A stretch of 64,000 nucleotides of DNA from Mobula birostris. Its lineage: Eukaryota. Location: contig NC_092380.1 in assembly GCF_030028105.1 (NCBI RefSeq), forward strand, positions 102,787,899 through 102,851,898, in the 5' to 3' direction. Below the pieces are notes generated by a model. It was given only the letters and a program-made list of their open reading frames with translations, did no database searches and was not told the DNA's origin. The translations under genes and the position numbers were made by a program. Below are positions 62,346 to 64,000 of the stretch, piece by piece; the first letter of the stretch is position 1; every line of letters begins with the position of its first letter.

Positions 62346-63445
62346 GTAAGTTCATATTATTTATTTAACAGAAAAATGTTCCTTTGGGAAATTTTCCATC
62401 TTACTATTTAATAAACAAATTTGGAAGTGACTAATTCTTTGTATGTGTTTGCCCTAAGTGTCTTAACACTTGTCTGCCAACTACTTTGGTTGTGTTTTAT
62501 GAAAAATTTCATAAAGGACTTGAGGGCTTTCCTGTTCAGCTGAAGACCAATCAAGTTAGAGCCAAGTCGGTGTCCAAACAGTACAGTGAAAGTGAGTTGT
62601 TGGAACTTGGGGCGAAAATTAACTTTTCAAGAAGAGAGAGTGGTCACTTGTTAAGTTAATCATAACACTTCAAGTAGAATTATCTTCTCGCAAAAGCCAG
62701 GGAATTTTGGAGGTGAGCCAACATTGATGTTCAATGAACGCCTTCTGGTGTTCTCCCGAAAGTACCAGAGACTGAAAGGAGACCTGGGAGAGATCTTTCA
62801 AATTATGGTACGTATGAATAGGTACGATAGAACAACACACACAAAATGTTGGAGGGACTCAGCAGACCAGGCAGCATCTATGGAAAAGAGTACAGTTGAT
62901 GTTTCAGGCCAAGACCCATCAATCTTTCTGCCAGGTATTTAAAGAACGTCAAATTCTAGAGGGCATATTTTTAAGGTTGGGGGTGATGGGTTGGAGCATC
63001 AAATGTGATGCGATGGGCAAGTTTTTACGTGGAGAGTGGTAGGTGATCTCAATGGTTGCAGTTTGGTGGATTTTAAGAGGCTTTTAGATAGAAGGGAATG
63101 GAGGTAAATAGATGAAAGGGGACATTTAATATGAGTTGGCATAAAGACGGGTGCGACTTTGTGGGCCAAATGACCTATTCTGTGCTATACTGTTCTTTTA
63201 ATTAACTTGCTGAGTCTTCCCAGTAAAATGGAAGGGGCTTGCAATATCACCTTCTGCAAACTCAGGATTGTAGGCACTGATAATACACAAGAGCACCTTG
63301 CAATGAAAGAGTCTAATTGAAGGACACAGTGCATGCTGCCTAAATATGACCACCTCTGGGCTTCCATCTGTAACATTCTTGACAAGTTCCTATCAGAGAT
63401 GCAAGTTCTCTTGACCCTAGCTTTTTAAATGCTTCCTCACATTTC

Positions 63446-63731
63446 TGTTGTGTATTTAATATTTCAGTAATTTTGAGTGATCTTGTGTGTGTATGTGTGT
63501 TATATATTTTTTGATATATACACAAAATATATATATTTGATTAAGCATTCCTGTTTGTTTAAATAATTCATTATGGGTTGTATGTATAAATACATGAATT
63601 GCATACATCATCACGCTACCACATGAGATGTGTGCTCCTCTCTTAAAGTAAACACGAAGTCAGACCCGCATTTCAGACTCCCGAGTCTTCCTTTGAATTA
63701 GTTTAATGTTTTGAAGTTCCAAAACATAACA
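63446..63731 (+). mobile_element. 286-bp solo LTR
   Basis: TGTTGTGT...ACATAACA termini, 5-bp TSD atttc (63441-63445, 63732-63736), and an AGTAAA poly(A)-like signal near 63647. Confidence 0.8.
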
Positions 63732-63829
63732 ATTTCTCTTGTGGTTTTCCTAGAGTGATATATCTAAGTTCAAGAGTTCTGAAGGGAAGAATCATCCAGC
63801 CACTTCCCAGTATTCAGAAGAACCCCTTT

Positions 63830-64000
63830 ATTTGTAGAATTTATTACCACAGGCTGCTGTGGAGGCCAGGTCATTGGGTGTATTTAAGGCAGAGCTTGAT
63901 AGGTTCCTGATTGGACACAGCATTAAAGATTATGGGGAGAAGACCGGGGAGTGGGGATGAGGAGGGGATAAAAAGGATCAGCCATGATTGAATGGTGGAG
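63830..64000 (+). mobile_element. CR1 LINE 3' end
   Basis: Near-copy of 37530-37700. Confidence 0.8.

Noticed and set aside
1-64000. Most 60-160 aa ORFs in the supplied track as stand-alone genes
   Set aside because: They are frameshifted transposon pieces, antisense shadows of exons, or chance ORFs in intron DNA.
1-64000. CRISPR array, prokaryotic operon, endogenous virus or intact autonomous transposon
   Set aside because: No regularly spaced repeats and no viral or bacterial protein motifs. All RT and transposase frames are broken.

Overview
Eukaryotic, intron-rich vertebrate DNA. The repeat content (HER/CR1 LINEs, HE1/V-SINEs, Rex1/Babar, Penelope-like elements) points to a cartilaginous fish, probably a ray; this is an inference. 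The window holds 12 internal + strand coding exons of anoctamin-1 (ANO1/TMEM16A, Ca2+-activated Cl- channel), from the end of TM2 to the start of TM9. All have AG/GT boundaries and matching phases. They include the 12-nt segment-c microexon (ERLK) and the 78-nt segment-d exon, both alternatively spliced in mammals. The introns are filled with decayed, often nested transposons: CR1, Rex1/Babar, RLE-type HERO-like, Penelope, Nimb-like, RTE-related, Tc1, hAT and two solo LTRs. The most notable observations are a duplicated ANO1 exon that keeps both splice sites but has an in-frame stop, and a family of Penelope-associated minimal hammerhead ribozyme motifs. I found no convincing wholly new multi-gene system. 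Exon and TSD coordinates were counted by hand. Repeat boundaries without a TSD are approximate, and family names come from recall rather than a database search.
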